Shown here: positions 26,401 through 34,887 of the stretch, piece by piece
Layout of the letters: every line of letters starts with the position of its first letter
Position numbering within the stretch: the first letter of the stretch is position 1
Source: Deltaproteobacteria bacterium
GTDB lineage: Bacteria; Bdellovibrionota; FAC87; UBA2466
DNA: 64,000 bases
NCBI GenBank assembly: GCA_900299195.1
Contig: OMIX01000089.1
Span: 2,892-66,891, forward strand
Reading direction: 5' to 3'
Made by a program: the position numbers and the translations under genes
Notes under the pieces: generated by a model
What the model was told of the DNA's origin: nothing
Seen by the model: only the letters and a program-made list of their open reading frames with translations
Database searches by the model: none

Positions 26401-27645
26401 TCAGTGCTGCGCTGAATGTTCTGTAGCGAGTCTAGCAAAAGATTTCAAACAACGTCGGCTGCCCAAATTAAAGACAAGACTTTCATCCCGAGTTGGCTCC
26501 CCACTGACAAATTCATTAAGATTCTCTTTGTCGAGTAAGCCGGTATTTTGATAAGCCTTGCCGAAGGTCTCGGGAAATGCTTTAGCCACGGCATGAACTC
26601 GTTTGACGGGATCTACTTTAAAAGCACTTTCTAAAAACCGTTCCTTTTCCTTATCCAACTCCGTAGTTGGCGGAAGGAGCTCCCTGAGTTTGGAATTGAC
26701 GAAAGATTCGAAGTCGGTTGCTGCCCGCTTGTTCGAAAGTAATAGCCGAGTGCCCCTTGAGAATAAATCATTAGAATCGACTGAAGAGTTTTTAAATTGA
26801 ATCTGGAAATACATTAACAATAGCGGTTTTCTAAAAAGTTCATGACTGATGGATTGCGCCTGTGAAAACAAATCCTCTGAAGGAACATTTGAGAGCCTTT
26901 GTTGGTAATGTAAACGCTCCGGTGCTGCATAGGACGGAGTAAACATGATGACCTTGGATGTTCCAGTCTCAGAGACACTATCAAGATCCCCAAGCCTTGC
27001 TTGGGCACCCATTATGTTATTACTTTTTAAAAGAAAGTAATTGGAAGGCTTAATGTCTCCATGAACAAGATTATTTGAGTGAAGCGCAAGAAGAGCCCCT
27101 TGACCAGCAAGAAATAAAAGATCAGAACGAATAATTCTTTGGTCTTCAGATAGCCTTTCTGGTTTTTTTGTCTCAAAGGTTCCTTTGGCAAGTGTGGAAC
27201 GGACGACGAATTCAGAACCTTCATATGCGTGCTGCTTCAACCACACTTCTTGAGTGGGTTCATAATTCAGAAAGAAACTCGGATTTGAATCCATTAACTT
27301 GCGATGTTGCGGGCTTCCGTAAAACTGTAAGCTATCTTTACCAGACAGTATTAAGTTGTTCTTTTGATCGCGTATCGGCCTGGCGAATTTCATCGCTTGG
27401 ATCTGTTTGGATCGAGCGCATCCCGAAAGGCACTCCACCTGGTAAACCTCGCCGGAACTACCCTTTCCTAGTATCTTAATAATTTTATACTCGCGATTAT
27501 CTTTATCCACCCAAACTTCCCCGGGTTGGACGGCGTGAATAGTTTTGTAGCACCCAACGAGAAAAAAGAATGTTAAAATAATCCCGAAGCCGAACTCTCG
27601 ACCTTTTTCTAGCGACCGTGCAGTCTTGTGGAGCTCAGGGCGCAT
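26401..27645 (-). CDS. Hanks-type Ser/Thr protein kinase with N-terminal lipoprotein-like signal/anchor
   Basis: G-loop GKGSSGEV, Lys in AMKF, catalytic loop HGDIKPSN, GDLD in place of DFG, YAAPE. N-terminal hydrophobic segment ends in the lipobox-like LVGC. Confidence 0.75.
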   Translation of the reverse strand: MRPELHKTARSLEKGREFGFGIILTFFFLVGCYKTIHAVQPGEVWVDKDNREYKIIKILGKGSSGEVYQVECLSGCARSKQIQAMKFARPIRDQKNNLILSGKDSLQFYGSPQHRKLMDSNPSFFLNYEPTQEVWLKQHAYEGSEFVVRSTLAKGTFETKKPERLSEDQRIIRSDLLFLAGQGALLALHSNNLVHGDIKPSNYFLLKSNNIMGAQARLGDLDSVSETGTSKVIMFTPSYAAPERLHYQQRLSNVPSEDLFSQAQSISHELFRKPLLLMYFQIQFKNSSVDSNDLFSRGTRLLLSNKRAATDFESFVNSKLRELLPPTTELDKEKERFLESAFKVDPVKRVHAVAKAFPETFGKAYQNTGLLDKENLNEFVSGEPTRDESLVFNLGSRRCLKSFARLATEHSAQH

Positions 27646-28411
27646 AATATCCCAGTACGGCTCTTGTCATATCAAAGTCACGTTCATTTTCGATAAATAA
27701 TATTTTGCGATATTCCGTAGCATCCTCAATCATATTATTCATGGGATCTGCGATAAGATTGCTTTTTGGAAGATAAACAAAGACATGGGAAAATGTTGGT
27801 TCGTTTTTTTCTTCTCGAGCATCTGCAACTCTTAGCTCTGCTTCGATCCCAAGTTGTTTAAGAATTTTATATAAAATGGTGGCCTTGTGGCGGCAAACTC
27901 CTCTATCTTTGACACGGGAATCAAGAAAACTCGAGGCAAAACGAACTGTGTTGGGATGGAGAACCAAAGTAGACCACACGATTTGACCACCTTTTCCATC
28001 ATCACTGGGATCTCCTCCGTAGAGTTTGCTAATAAACATCTTCAATATTTGTTTTAGGTTTTGACCTGAATACTTCAGTAACTCTCTTTCTTCCGCTGTT
28101 AAGTGAGAAACAATATTGTCCCAATCAAAGTAAATACCAAACCCGATGTGAGGTGCCTGACGAGTAAACGACTGGATTTGGTGTATCAAAATGGGAATAG
28201 CTCCAACAGCGGTTAAAGTACCGCCTAATCCGACAATTCTTGTTAAAGTTTGCCGACAGGAGTAGCGAGTAGCAGTTGACTGGATCGAATCCGAAAGGAA
28301 TACAGTTCTCTCGCCTTTTATTTTTTCGATATCTGAAATTTCCAAGCCTAGGGCGCCGATATTTGTTAGACAGATACAAATAAATACGATACTTCCACGG
28401 TATCTCAGCAT
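27635..28411 (-). CDS. Exported/membrane transglutaminase-like (Cys-His-Asp) protein
   Basis: GVCRHKATILYKILKQLGIEAELRV .. FSHVFVYLP .. IADP fits the transglutaminase-like core pattern. N-terminal signal plus one internal hydrophobic helix. 11-nt overlap with the kinase gene. Confidence 0.45.
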   Translation of the reverse strand: MLRYRGSIVFICICLTNIGALGLEISDIEKIKGERTVFLSDSIQSTATRYSCRQTLTRIVGLGGTLTAVGAIPILIHQIQSFTRQAPHIGFGIYFDWDNIVSHLTAEERELLKYSGQNLKQILKMFISKLYGGDPSDDGKGGQIVWSTLVLHPNTVRFASSFLDSRVKDRGVCRHKATILYKILKQLGIEAELRVADAREEKNEPTFSHVFVYLPKSNLIADPMNNMIEDATEYRKILFIENERDFDMTRAVLGYYAP

Positions 28412-28556
28412 ACCAAAGCCTTTCTTTGCCCCATTTCTTCTTGGTTAATGCAAATGGGATTCCATGAAAGAGAGATTAAAAAAGCTTTTTTTTCATAGTT
28501 TGAGTTGATCGGGGATAAGACAGAGATTTTTACCAAAGCATTAAAATCGAAAGAGT

Positions 28557-29270
28557 TTACTTTGATGGGACAGATCCGCTTTGTTGGATTGGAATAAGAT
28601 AGACATGGGTATAACCTAGTTCTTGAAGTTGCTTTTTAAACGAGCGGGAAGTTTCTGAGTCGCGAATAAGAATAATTTTATCCCGGTGGGTAATCATTCC
28701 ATGGGTAGCAGTACTGATAGCTTTTTTTAATTGGGTTCGACTCCAATTTTCACTCTTTGCCTTTTCTATCATTTCGCTATGGATCGATTGGGCTCGTTTA
28801 AAATCGGGAGGATTTGATACTTCAATTTCGATCGATTCTTTTAGGGTGATTAAGCTTGGAATTTCTTGGGAAATAGGAAATCCGCTCGCCTTCGAAATAG
28901 GGATGAGATGATTGTTGAGTACGTCCGAACGATCCAGAAGAACTAAGGGGCTAGGGGGGTTCTTAAAAAAGAACATGACATCTAAATCGCTTTTTTGTTC
29001 GGGAGAGTATCCGTAACTGAAATGGGTTCTGCTTCCAAAAAGCACCATCGCCTCAACATCACTAAAGTCTGGGTTGTTTTTGAAGATATCTATGAGCTCA
29101 TTGAGTTGGTTTTGGCTCATACCCATCGGGGTGGGAATGCCCTGATATCGCTTGGCTTCGAAGTTAAGAAGCTCACGGCAGTTAGTTTTGGGAATGGCAA
29201 GAGAGTAATGGCACACAAGCCCAAATGTCATAATAATAGACAGAGCTATATGTTTTTTTACAGTATTCAT
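28557..29270 (-). CDS. Secreted nucleotidyltransferase-fold (Pol-beta superfamily) protein
   Basis: LFGSRTHFSYGYSPEQKSDLDVMF = hG[GS]-x(n)-DhD motif. The start at 29270 gives signal peptide MNTVKKHIALSIIMTFGLVCHYSLA; the track start 29303 is an alternative. Confidence 0.45.
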   Translation of the reverse strand: MNTVKKHIALSIIMTFGLVCHYSLAIPKTNCRELLNFEAKRYQGIPTPMGMSQNQLNELIDIFKNNPDFSDVEAMVLFGSRTHFSYGYSPEQKSDLDVMFFFKNPPSPLVLLDRSDVLNNHLIPISKASGFPISQEIPSLITLKESIEIEVSNPPDFKRAQSIHSEMIEKAKSENWSRTQLKKAISTATHGMITHRDKIILIRDSETSRSFKKQLQELGYTHVYLIPIQQSGSVPSK

Positions 29271-29362
29271 CGTTTTCTGACTCAATTCCAAATGCCAAAA
29301 CATTTAGGCTGCAATAGAAAGGCCGATTTTTGAGGAAAGGATGTCTCCGGAATGTACCCGGA

Positions 29363-29439
29363 TGGTGGGCGCCACAGGACTCGAACCTGTGACCTCTGCC
29401 GTGTGAAGGCAGCGCTCTAACCAGCTGAGCTAGGCGCCC
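29363..29439 (-). tRNA. tRNA-Val (anticodon CAC), CCA encoded
   Basis: Hand-folded cloverleaf: acceptor GGGCGCC/GGCGCCC, D stem GCTC/GAGC, anticodon stem CTGCC/GGCAG with loop TTCACAC, T arm ACAGG-TTCGAGT-CCTGT. Confidence 0.9.
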
Positions 29440-29471
29440 TCGATAAGTTCCATATTAGAAATTTTAATTTT

Positions 29472-29555
29472 TGGTGCGACGGGGGGGACTTGAACCCCCA
29501 CGCCTTTCAGCACATGCACCTCAAACATGCGTGTCTGCCATTCCACCACCGTCGC
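29472..29555 (-). tRNA. tRNA-Leu (anticodon GAG), class II with long variable arm, CCA encoded
   Basis: Acceptor GCGACGG/CCGTCGC, anticodon stem CATGT/GCATG with loop TTGAGGT, 13-nt variable arm, T arm GGGGG-TTCAAGT-CCCCC. Confidence 0.9.
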
Positions 29556-29575
29556 ACAGAAAATTTTCAAAGAAA

Positions 29576-29935
29576 CTACTTCTTAGCTGGCTCCGCAGGA
29601 GTTGTAGGCTGAGCCGCTTTATTTGCGGGAGCCCCCTCTTTTGCACCTTCAGTCTTTGGAGTCTGAGGAGCTTCGGAAACCGGTTCTTTTCCTATCACAC
29701 TCTTTGTGACATTCAAGCTTCTAGAGCGTGTCAGAAAGAAACTCGTCACTAAAAATAAAACAGCACAAACCGAAGTAGTTTTAGTTAAAAAGTTGCCCGC
29801 TCCTTTGCTACCAAAGATGCTTTGGCTCGAACTTCCACCAAAGGCTACTCCACCATCTGCCTTTCCAGGCTGAAGTAGAATCACAAAAACCAAAAAGGCA
29901 CAAATCGCAATGTGCAAAATAACTAATAGTGTCAC
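29576..29935 (-). CDS. secG: Preprotein translocase subunit SecG (with A/P/K-rich C-terminal extension)
   Basis: FLVFVILLQPGKADGG..FGGSSSQSIFGSKGAGNFLTKTT is the SecG signature; two TMs; tRNA-Leu lies directly downstream. Confidence 0.85.
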   Translation of the reverse strand: MTLLVILHIAICAFLVFVILLQPGKADGGVAFGGSSSQSIFGSKGAGNFLTKTTSVCAVLFLVTSFFLTRSRSLNVTKSVIGKEPVSEAPQTPKTEGAKEGAPANKAAQPTTPAEPAKK

Positions 29936-29944
29936 GTTTTCTCC

Positions 29945-30715
29945 TTAACTTTTCAAACCTCTATTAACAATTTCACCAAAAGAAAGCGGATCCAAACTCG
30001 CTCCCCCAACCAACAAACCATCAACATCTTCCATGCTCATCAGTTGAGCAGAGTTCTCAGCTTTTACACTCCCACCATACAGAATTCTAGTTCGGTTCGC
30101 AAAGGTTGATGAAATATTCTTAGAAAGCCACTGCCGAATAAATGCATGAACCTCTTGGGCTTGGTCCGGTGTTGCATTTTCTCCAGTTCCAATAGCCCAA
30201 ACTGGCTCATAAGCAATCACTAAAGGTTTTAGGATAGCTTCGCCTAAATCTTTTAACCCTGCTAACTGACCCTCAATGACCGAAAAAGTACGGTTAGCCT
30301 TGCGCTCTTCGAGCTTTTCCCCCACACAAAAAACTGGTGTCAGTCCCTCTTCTAGAGCCGCTTTAAGCCTCGCATTCACTAAAGCATTATCTTCTTTAAA
30401 CACATGGCGTCTCTCAGAGTGGCCCAAAATCACCCAACGAACCCCAAGATCCTTCAACATCACTGGAGAAATTTCTCCGGTAAAAGCGCCCGACTTCGCA
30501 GCTCCACAGTTTTGAGCCGCAACTTGAACGTGAGTGCCTTGAGTCATCTTCGTTAAATCCGATAAGTAAACTGCCACTGGAGCCAGCACCATTTCACCAC
30601 GAGAACTTTGTCTTTGAGTCGCTTCACAAAAAGGCCCTACAAAAGCCTGAACCTCACGGCCCACCTTGTTCATTTTCCAATTTGCTATAAAAAGCGGAGT
30701 TCTTAAGTCCACCAT
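29945..30715 (-). CDS. tpiA: Triosephosphate isomerase
   Basis: ANWKMN, ILGHSERR, AYEPVWAIGTG. The ATG at 30715 (MVDLRTPLFIANWKMN) is preferred over the track start 30739, which overlaps pgk. Confidence 0.9.
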   Translation of the reverse strand: MVDLRTPLFIANWKMNKVGREVQAFVGPFCEATQRQSSRGEMVLAPVAVYLSDLTKMTQGTHVQVAAQNCGAAKSGAFTGEISPVMLKDLGVRWVILGHSERRHVFKEDNALVNARLKAALEEGLTPVFCVGEKLEERKANRTFSVIEGQLAGLKDLGEAILKPLVIAYEPVWAIGTGENATPDQAQEVHAFIRQWLSKNISSTFANRTRILYGGSVKAENSAQLMSMEDVDGLLVGGASLDPLSFGEIVNRGLKS

Positions 30716-30719
30716 GGAT

Positions 30720-31937
30720 TTATCCCTGCTCTCTTTCAATCCGCTCCAAAACCTTTAGGCCTGGAAGGGTCTTACCCTCTAAATATTCCAGGGTAGCTCC
30801 TCCCCCCGTGCTGATAAAATCAAACGAAGCTTCAAGTCCTGCTTTCATGATCGCAGCTGCAGAATCTCCACCCCCTACCAGTTTGACAGCTTTGGTTTGA
30901 GCCAGAAGTTTGGCCACTTCGAAAGTTCCCTTTGCAAAGGCCGGCTCTTCAAAAACACCCATCGGACCATTCCAAAAAATGGTCTCAGCCGTCTCAAGGG
31001 CAGTAGCAATCTTAGCCACAGTTTTGGGTCCTATATCTAAACCCAATTTATCGTCGGGAATATCAATTCCACTGGTAATTGAAACATTCTGAGTATCACC
31101 AAAAGCTAAGCTGACTACATGATCCTCAGGAAGTATCAATCTAACAGTTCGAGCATCTGCTCCCCGAATAATTTTCTTGGCTAACTGAACCTGTTTCTCT
31201 TCACACAAGCTCTTACCAACTTGAAAACCTTTGGCAGCCAGAAAAGAATAAGCCATGGCACCACCAATGACCACCGTATCAACTTTAGGAAGAAAATATT
31301 CGAGGACCCCAATTTTATCCGAAACTTTGGATCCTCCCATCAGCAGCAGAAAAGGCCGCTTGGGATGATCTTTCAACGGAGCTAAGAATTTCAGTTCTTT
31401 CTCAACCAAAAAACCGATCGCTCGGTTTTTAATGATCTTAGGAAGACCTTCAGTTGAAGCATGGGCTCGATGTAAAGTTCCAAACGCATCACTAATATAA
31501 ACATCACAAAGTTCAGCTAATCGATTGACGAATTCCGGTGAGTTTTCTTCTTCGCCAGGATGGAACCTTAGGTTTTCCAAAAGCATCACATCGCCAGCTC
31601 GCATTTGATGAGAAAGCCCTCGCGGAGCATCTCCTACGCAATCTTCAGTCAATAAAACGTCTTTCCCCAAAACCCGACTTAAATAACTTCCCACAGGCTC
31701 GAGACTGTATTTGGGATTAGGCTGCCCTTTGGGTCGCCCCAAATGAGATCCTAAAATAACCTTTCCCCCTTGTTCCATCACAAAACGAATCGTGGGAAGA
31801 GCTTCCTCAATTCGTCTAGGATCGGCAACTTCGTAAGAATCGCCCGCCTGTTTCAAGGGAACATTAAAATCCACTCGAATAAAAACTCTTTTGTTTTTTA
31901 ATTCAAGTTCAGTGAGTTTCGGATAAGAAATCTTCAT
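30720..31937 (-). CDS. pgk: Phosphoglycerate kinase
   Basis: RVDFNVP, GSHLGRPKG, MGGSKVSDKI, WNGPMGVFE, STGGGA. Confidence 0.95.
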   Translation of the reverse strand: MKISYPKLTELELKNKRVFIRVDFNVPLKQAGDSYEVADPRRIEEALPTIRFVMEQGGKVILGSHLGRPKGQPNPKYSLEPVGSYLSRVLGKDVLLTEDCVGDAPRGLSHQMRAGDVMLLENLRFHPGEEENSPEFVNRLAELCDVYISDAFGTLHRAHASTEGLPKIIKNRAIGFLVEKELKFLAPLKDHPKRPFLLLMGGSKVSDKIGVLEYFLPKVDTVVIGGAMAYSFLAAKGFQVGKSLCEEKQVQLAKKIIRGADARTVRLILPEDHVVSLAFGDTQNVSITSGIDIPDDKLGLDIGPKTVAKIATALETAETIFWNGPMGVFEEPAFAKGTFEVAKLLAQTKAVKLVGGGDSAAAIMKAGLEASFDFISTGGGATLEYLEGKTLPGLKVLERIEREQG

Positions 31938-31949
31938 TAAAAAAACCGA

Positions 31950-32972
31950 TTAAAAATTGGATTTTTGCGAGATGAAACTTGCAAGATCCAACATGCGGGT
32001 TGAGAAACCCGTTTCGTTGTCATACCAGGACAATACTTTCACCATCGTTCCATCAACGACCATGGTAGATTCCATATCCACTGAAGAAGACCAAGAAGTC
32101 CCGTTAAAATCTGACGAAACTAAAGGTGCTTTCACAGCTTGTAAAACTCCCTTGAGAGGTCCTGATTTCGCAGCAGCTTCGAAAGCCGCATTCACTTGTT
32201 CCGCAGTGGTTGGCTTTTTCACGTCAGCCACAAAATCGACTAATGAAACATTAGGGGTTGGAACTCGAACCGCAAGTCCAGTTAACTTTCCTTTGAGCTC
32301 GGGCATAACCAATCCAACTGCTTTAGCAGCCCCCGTCGTAGTAGGAATCATATTCAAAGCGCCAGCTCTCATTCTTCTGTAATCGGAATGCCCAAGATCA
32401 AGAATTCGTTGATCATTGGTGTACGAATGGACCGTCGTCATCAATCCGCGCTCAATACCAAAATTCTCGTGAAGAACCTTAACTACCGGAGCTAAGCAAT
32501 TGGTCGTGCAAGAGGCGTTAGAAACAATGTGATCGACCGCGGGATTAAAGGTTTCATGGTTAATTCCGTAAACTAAAGTTTTAATCTTTTGCTCGTCTTT
32601 GCAAGGAGCTGAAATGATCACTTTTTTTGCTCCAGCATTCAAATGTTTGGAAGCTCCGTCAAACCCAGTGAAAATTCCTGTCGACTCAATCACAATATCT
32701 ACATTCAATTCTTTCCAAGGAATTTCACCAGGATCTTTTCTAGTGAAAACTCTAACCTCTTTTCCATCGATCGACAGAGTATCTTTGGTGGACGACACCG
32801 TGTGGTTCCAGACTCCATGCACCGAATCGTATTTCAACAGATGAGCGTTTTGTTCTGTGGGGGTTAAGTCGTTAATGGCCACCACCTCAAACTCAGGTCG
32901 GTCAGCCAAAAGTCGCATAGTCACTCGGCCAATACGGCCAAATCCGTTGATCCCGATTCGTGTTTTTTTCAT
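31950..32972 (-). CDS. gap: Glyceraldehyde-3-phosphate dehydrogenase (type I)
   Basis: INGFGRIGR, SNASCTTNCLAP active site, WYDNE. The ATG at 32972 is preferred over the 6-codon upstream extension. Confidence 0.95.
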   Translation of the reverse strand: MKKTRIGINGFGRIGRVTMRLLADRPEFEVVAINDLTPTEQNAHLLKYDSVHGVWNHTVSSTKDTLSIDGKEVRVFTRKDPGEIPWKELNVDIVIESTGIFTGFDGASKHLNAGAKKVIISAPCKDEQKIKTLVYGINHETFNPAVDHIVSNASCTTNCLAPVVKVLHENFGIERGLMTTVHSYTNDQRILDLGHSDYRRMRAGALNMIPTTTGAAKAVGLVMPELKGKLTGLAVRVPTPNVSLVDFVADVKKPTTAEQVNAAFEAAAKSGPLKGVLQAVKAPLVSSDFNGTSWSSSVDMESTMVVDGTMVKVLSWYDNETGFSTRMLDLASFISQKSNF

Positions 32973-33133
32973 AGAACCCTTTCTTCTCAAAAAGAAAAAA
33001 TTTGTTAGCTAGATGTATAGCGAAAAGGTACAGACTTCAACTATTTAGTAAGGATTGACATAATGCAATAAACCAAGTTAAGAGTTGCGCTGAGGAGACA
33101 AGTGGCTCTTAAAGTAGAAGCGATCATTGCCGA

Positions 33134-34117
33134 ATGGATTTTGAAATCTTAAAAGTAGAAAAGTCTTTATTTATCAAAGACTTAAAACCAAAAGAAACGG
33201 TAAGAACCTCGTTCTTGGTTAAATCTAAGGAAGTCTCTTATTCTAAAAACGGGAAACCTTACCTCTCACTTTTACTCAGTGACTCAACCGGGGACCTGGA
33301 GGGTCGTGTTTGGGACAATGCTGAAGATCTGAGTGCTACTTTTTCCGAAGGAAGTATCGTTGCTGTCGGAGGAAAATTAAATGTGTTTCAAAACCGTCAC
33401 CAATTGGTGATTGATCATTTAATTCCCCTGCCATCTGACAAAGCTAAAGTGGAAGATTACTTACCTCAAGGCCTAGAGGATACCGAGGCTCTTTTCGCAA
33501 AACTGATCCACTACTTTGAATCTCTAACTAACCCATGGGTGAAAGAACTAGGTCTTAAACTTCTTAACGATCCTGAAATAGCTCCACGGTATAAAGTTTG
33601 TCCAGCCGCAAAAACCATTCACCACGCTTTTATCGGGGGGCTCCTAACTCACTCGGTTCAACTCTGTGATTTGATCGAAGCTGTTCTTCCGCTTTATCGA
33701 GGGATTGACAGAAACCTCATGTTATTTGGAGCGGCATTTCACGATTTTGGAAAAATTTTCGAACTCAATTACCAAGGAAAATTGGGTTACACCGATGAAG
33801 GAAGACTGGTCGGCCACATCGCCATCGGTGTTGTACTCGTCGATAGAAAAATTCGAGAGATCGCTGATTTTCCTAAAGAACTTGAGTACCACTTAAAACA
33901 TCTTATCCTATCGCATCACGGAAAACTGGAACACGGCTCTCCAAAACGACCTCATACATTAGAATCAGAACTGTTGCACCAGTTGGATCATTTAGATTCC
34001 AGAATTAACAGTATTCAAACCTTCATGAACTCGGAAAAAAACAACTCACGTTGGTCGGGCTACCACAAAACCTTCGACCAATATTATTTCAAGCCCATTC
34101 AAATGCTGTTAGAATAA
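33134..34117 (+). CDS. OB-fold + HD-domain 3'-5' exoribonuclease, YhaM-like
   Basis: N-terminal OB fold (GDLEGRVWDN), HD domain HHAFIGGLLTHS .. FHDFGK .. LILSHHG. Confidence 0.65.
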   Translation: MDFEILKVEKSLFIKDLKPKETVRTSFLVKSKEVSYSKNGKPYLSLLLSDSTGDLEGRVWDNAEDLSATFSEGSIVAVGGKLNVFQNRHQLVIDHLIPLPSDKAKVEDYLPQGLEDTEALFAKLIHYFESLTNPWVKELGLKLLNDPEIAPRYKVCPAAKTIHHAFIGGLLTHSVQLCDLIEAVLPLYRGIDRNLMLFGAAFHDFGKIFELNYQGKLGYTDEGRLVGHIAIGVVLVDRKIREIADFPKELEYHLKHLILSHHGKLEHGSPKRPHTLESELLHQLDHLDSRINSIQTFMNSEKNNSRWSGYHKTFDQYYFKPIQMLLE

Positions 34118-34122
34118 ACGGC

Positions 34123-34887
34123 ATGAATGAACTTGAATCTATTTTAAATACCGCTACTCAAATTGCAGAACAGGCCGCTGAAATTGCACAATCCTATTTC
34201 AGACAAGCGATTCTTATCGAGATGAAAGAAAACATGACACCGGTCACAGTCGCTGACAAGAAGACCGAAGAATTCATTCGAAAAGAGTTAGCCTCTGCAT
34301 TTCCCGGATTTGGTATTTGCGGAGAAGAATTTGGAGAAGAAGGAAAAGAGCAGGAATTGGTTTGGACCGTCGATCCTATCGATGGAACCAAAAGTTTTAT
34401 CAAAGGAATACCCTTATTCGGGACTCTCTTGGGCCTTTTGCAGCACGGGGAACCCATCATGGGTGTCATGGTGCTTCCGGCCTTAAAAGAAACCTACACC
34501 GCCGCTAAAGACCTTGGAACTTATTGCAACGGACATCAATTACACGTCTCCCAAAAAACCAGCCTGGAATCTTCTTTTGTTTCGATTGGAGACATAGATT
34601 GTTTTGAGGCCTCAAGACAAACTAAGGGATTACATCGATTGCTAGACAAAGCGGAATTTGTTCGAGGTTACACCGATTGTTTTGGGCACTCTTGTGTGAT
34701 GCGCGGAGGTATCGATGCCATGATCGATCCCGTAGTGTCCTTGTGGGACATTGCTCCCCTAGCCTGCTTAATTAAAGAAGCGGGTGGAGAGTATTTCAGC
34801 CTTGGTGGAAGTGAAACTATTCACGAAACGAGTTTCATCACCTGTGGCCCAGGGCTCAAAAAAGAAATACTTTCTATTCTCGGTTAA
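34123..34887 (+). CDS. Inositol monophosphatase family protein (IMPase/HisN-like)
   Basis: ICGEEFG and WTVDPIDGT metal-binding motifs, GYTDC. The ATG at 34123 avoids a 67-nt overlap with the upstream gene. Confidence 0.8.
   Translation: MNELESILNTATQIAEQAAEIAQSYFRQAILIEMKENMTPVTVADKKTEEFIRKELASAFPGFGICGEEFGEEGKEQELVWTVDPIDGTKSFIKGIPLFGTLLGLLQHGEPIMGVMVLPALKETYTAAKDLGTYCNGHQLHVSQKTSLESSFVSIGDIDCFEASRQTKGLHRLLDKAEFVRGYTDCFGHSCVMRGGIDAMIDPVVSLWDIAPLACLIKEAGGEYFSLGGSETIHETSFITCGPGLKKEILSILG

Noticed and set aside
28478-28493. A8-GC-T6-type palindrome (AAAAAAGCTTTTTTTT) between the nucleotidyltransferase and transglutaminase-like genes
   Set aside because: An A/U-only stem with essentially no loop is too weak for a terminator. 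It is a low-complexity sequence that happens to contain a HindIII site.
29471-29752. 93-aa plus-strand ORF
   Set aside because: It runs through the tRNA-Leu gene and antisense to secG. It has no RBS, and its sequence is the complement of a structural RNA. Spurious.
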